In this document: positions 63,200 through 64,000 of the stretch, piece by piece
Layout of the letters: each line of letters begins with the position of its first letter
How positions within the stretch are numbered: the stretch's first letter is position 1
Assembly (NCBI RefSeq): GCF_009834535.1
Contig: NC_045697.1
Location: forward strand, 73,472,001-73,536,000
From: Camelus ferus
Lineage: Eukaryota
Reading direction: 5' to 3'
DNA: 64,000 nt
Position numbers and translations under genes: made by a program
The notes under the pieces: generated by a model
The model's input: the letters and a program-made list of their open reading frames with translations, nothing else
The model's database searches: none
Told to the model about the DNA's origin: nothing

Positions 63200-63330
63200 A
63201 TTTAATTTGTGCAAAAGTTGAAGGTGGAAAAGCGTGAAATTAACTTGACGCATTTTTACGGCGTTTCCTATCTTCTAGCTTCTCTCAGCCTTTCCTATCC
63301 AGAACGATTTGATTGGCTGTGTCAGGATCT
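63200..63330. promoter_or_regulatory. Candidate cis-regulatory element
   Basis: CpG cluster in non-repeat sequence with TTGACGCA (ATF/CEBP-like), TTTTACGGC (posterior HOX/CDX-like) and TGATTGGCT (reverse CCAAT box). Confidence 0.35.
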
Positions 63331-64000
63331 TGCCATCCCTGGAGCTTCCCTCTCCTCTCTGTTCAGTGAGATTTGAGGGCTTCTGTGTGTGTGGAGCTTA
63401 TTCTTCCTTAGTCCACAGGCCACCCAGCTGAAGGAGATGCTGATTTATTTGGCTTGCTATTTACCTTGGCAAGGCTTCAGTCTGTGCTCAGGGTTCACTC
63501 ATCTTGGTGACTCATCTCTTTCAGGAGTATGTGTGTGTGTGAAAACAGCCAAAGATGAGTCAACTCATTCAAGAAATCATTCGGCATGGCCCAAACGGTT
63601 TGCAAAGATTTTGAAAGAAAACGAAACTTGTGTAAGACTGTATAGCACAGAGCAACTTATCAGCAATCGGTTGCTAGTATAACGCCTATAAACTTGCCAG
63701 GTTATTACAGACACATCTCAACCTGTGGGGATAAAGCTGAGATATCCCTTATTGTATCAATAAAGGAAGCATGTTTACATGATTTTAAAAACCCACAGAG
63801 AGAATTAATTGGAGGCAATTATGTTTAGACAGCGAGAGGCAGATGGCAATGAGACTGGGGGATGCCTACTATAGATTTCATTTAGTGACTAATTGTTAAG
63901 TGTTGTAAGAAATGCCTGCACCAGTATACGCACTCCTCTCTTTATTAAAAAATCTAGGAAGACATTGCTATCAATTCTGTTCATCTCCTGATATGATGAT

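Noticed and set aside
255..63682. The 60-113 aa ORFs in the six-frame track as host genes
   Set aside because: They are short, compositionally biased (F/L/I/S-rich), mostly inside repeats, and many start at non-ATG codons. The only recognisable protein similarity is to L1 ORF2p.
1..64000. CRISPR arrays, operons, defence systems, rRNA or a novel multi-gene system
   Set aside because: The sequence is mammalian repeat-rich non-coding DNA, with no regularly spaced repeat-spacer array, no gene-dense ORF cluster and no rRNA-like sequence.

Overview
AT-rich eutherian genomic DNA, most likely from a camelid (Camelus/Vicugna/Lama). The evidence is a tRNA-derived SINE at 47447-47564 that matches my recollection of the camelid Vic-1 family, plus several cetartiodactyl-type L1 3' ends. 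Roughly half of the window is transposable-element debris of very different ages: long composite L1 blocks (6.2-11.8 kb, 31.6-33.1 kb, 53.2-59.6 kb), young 5'-truncated L1 insertions with intact target-site duplications (one twin-primed and 5'-inverted), many L2 and MIR fragments, an unusually long L3/CR1 relic, and MaLR/ERVL solo LTRs. I recognise no host protein-coding gene. The only ORFs in the track with recognisable protein similarity are L1 ORF2p fragments, so the window looks like a large intron or intergenic region. I found no convincing new multi-gene system. The best leads are small: a tandem GGATTA (OTX/CRX/PITX-type) + TATA promoter candidate at ~18.0 kb; two well-formed minus-strand exon candidates (61742-61901, 2723-2766) that join in frame, with a possible promoter at ~63.2 kb; a diverged ~155-170-bp local duplication at 45.4/45.8 kb; a very old L1-like endonuclease fossil at 5.1-6.0 kb; and several mechanistically informative insertion scars. 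Repeat family names come from recognition of consensus sequences, not from a database search, and the boundaries of old repeats are approximate.
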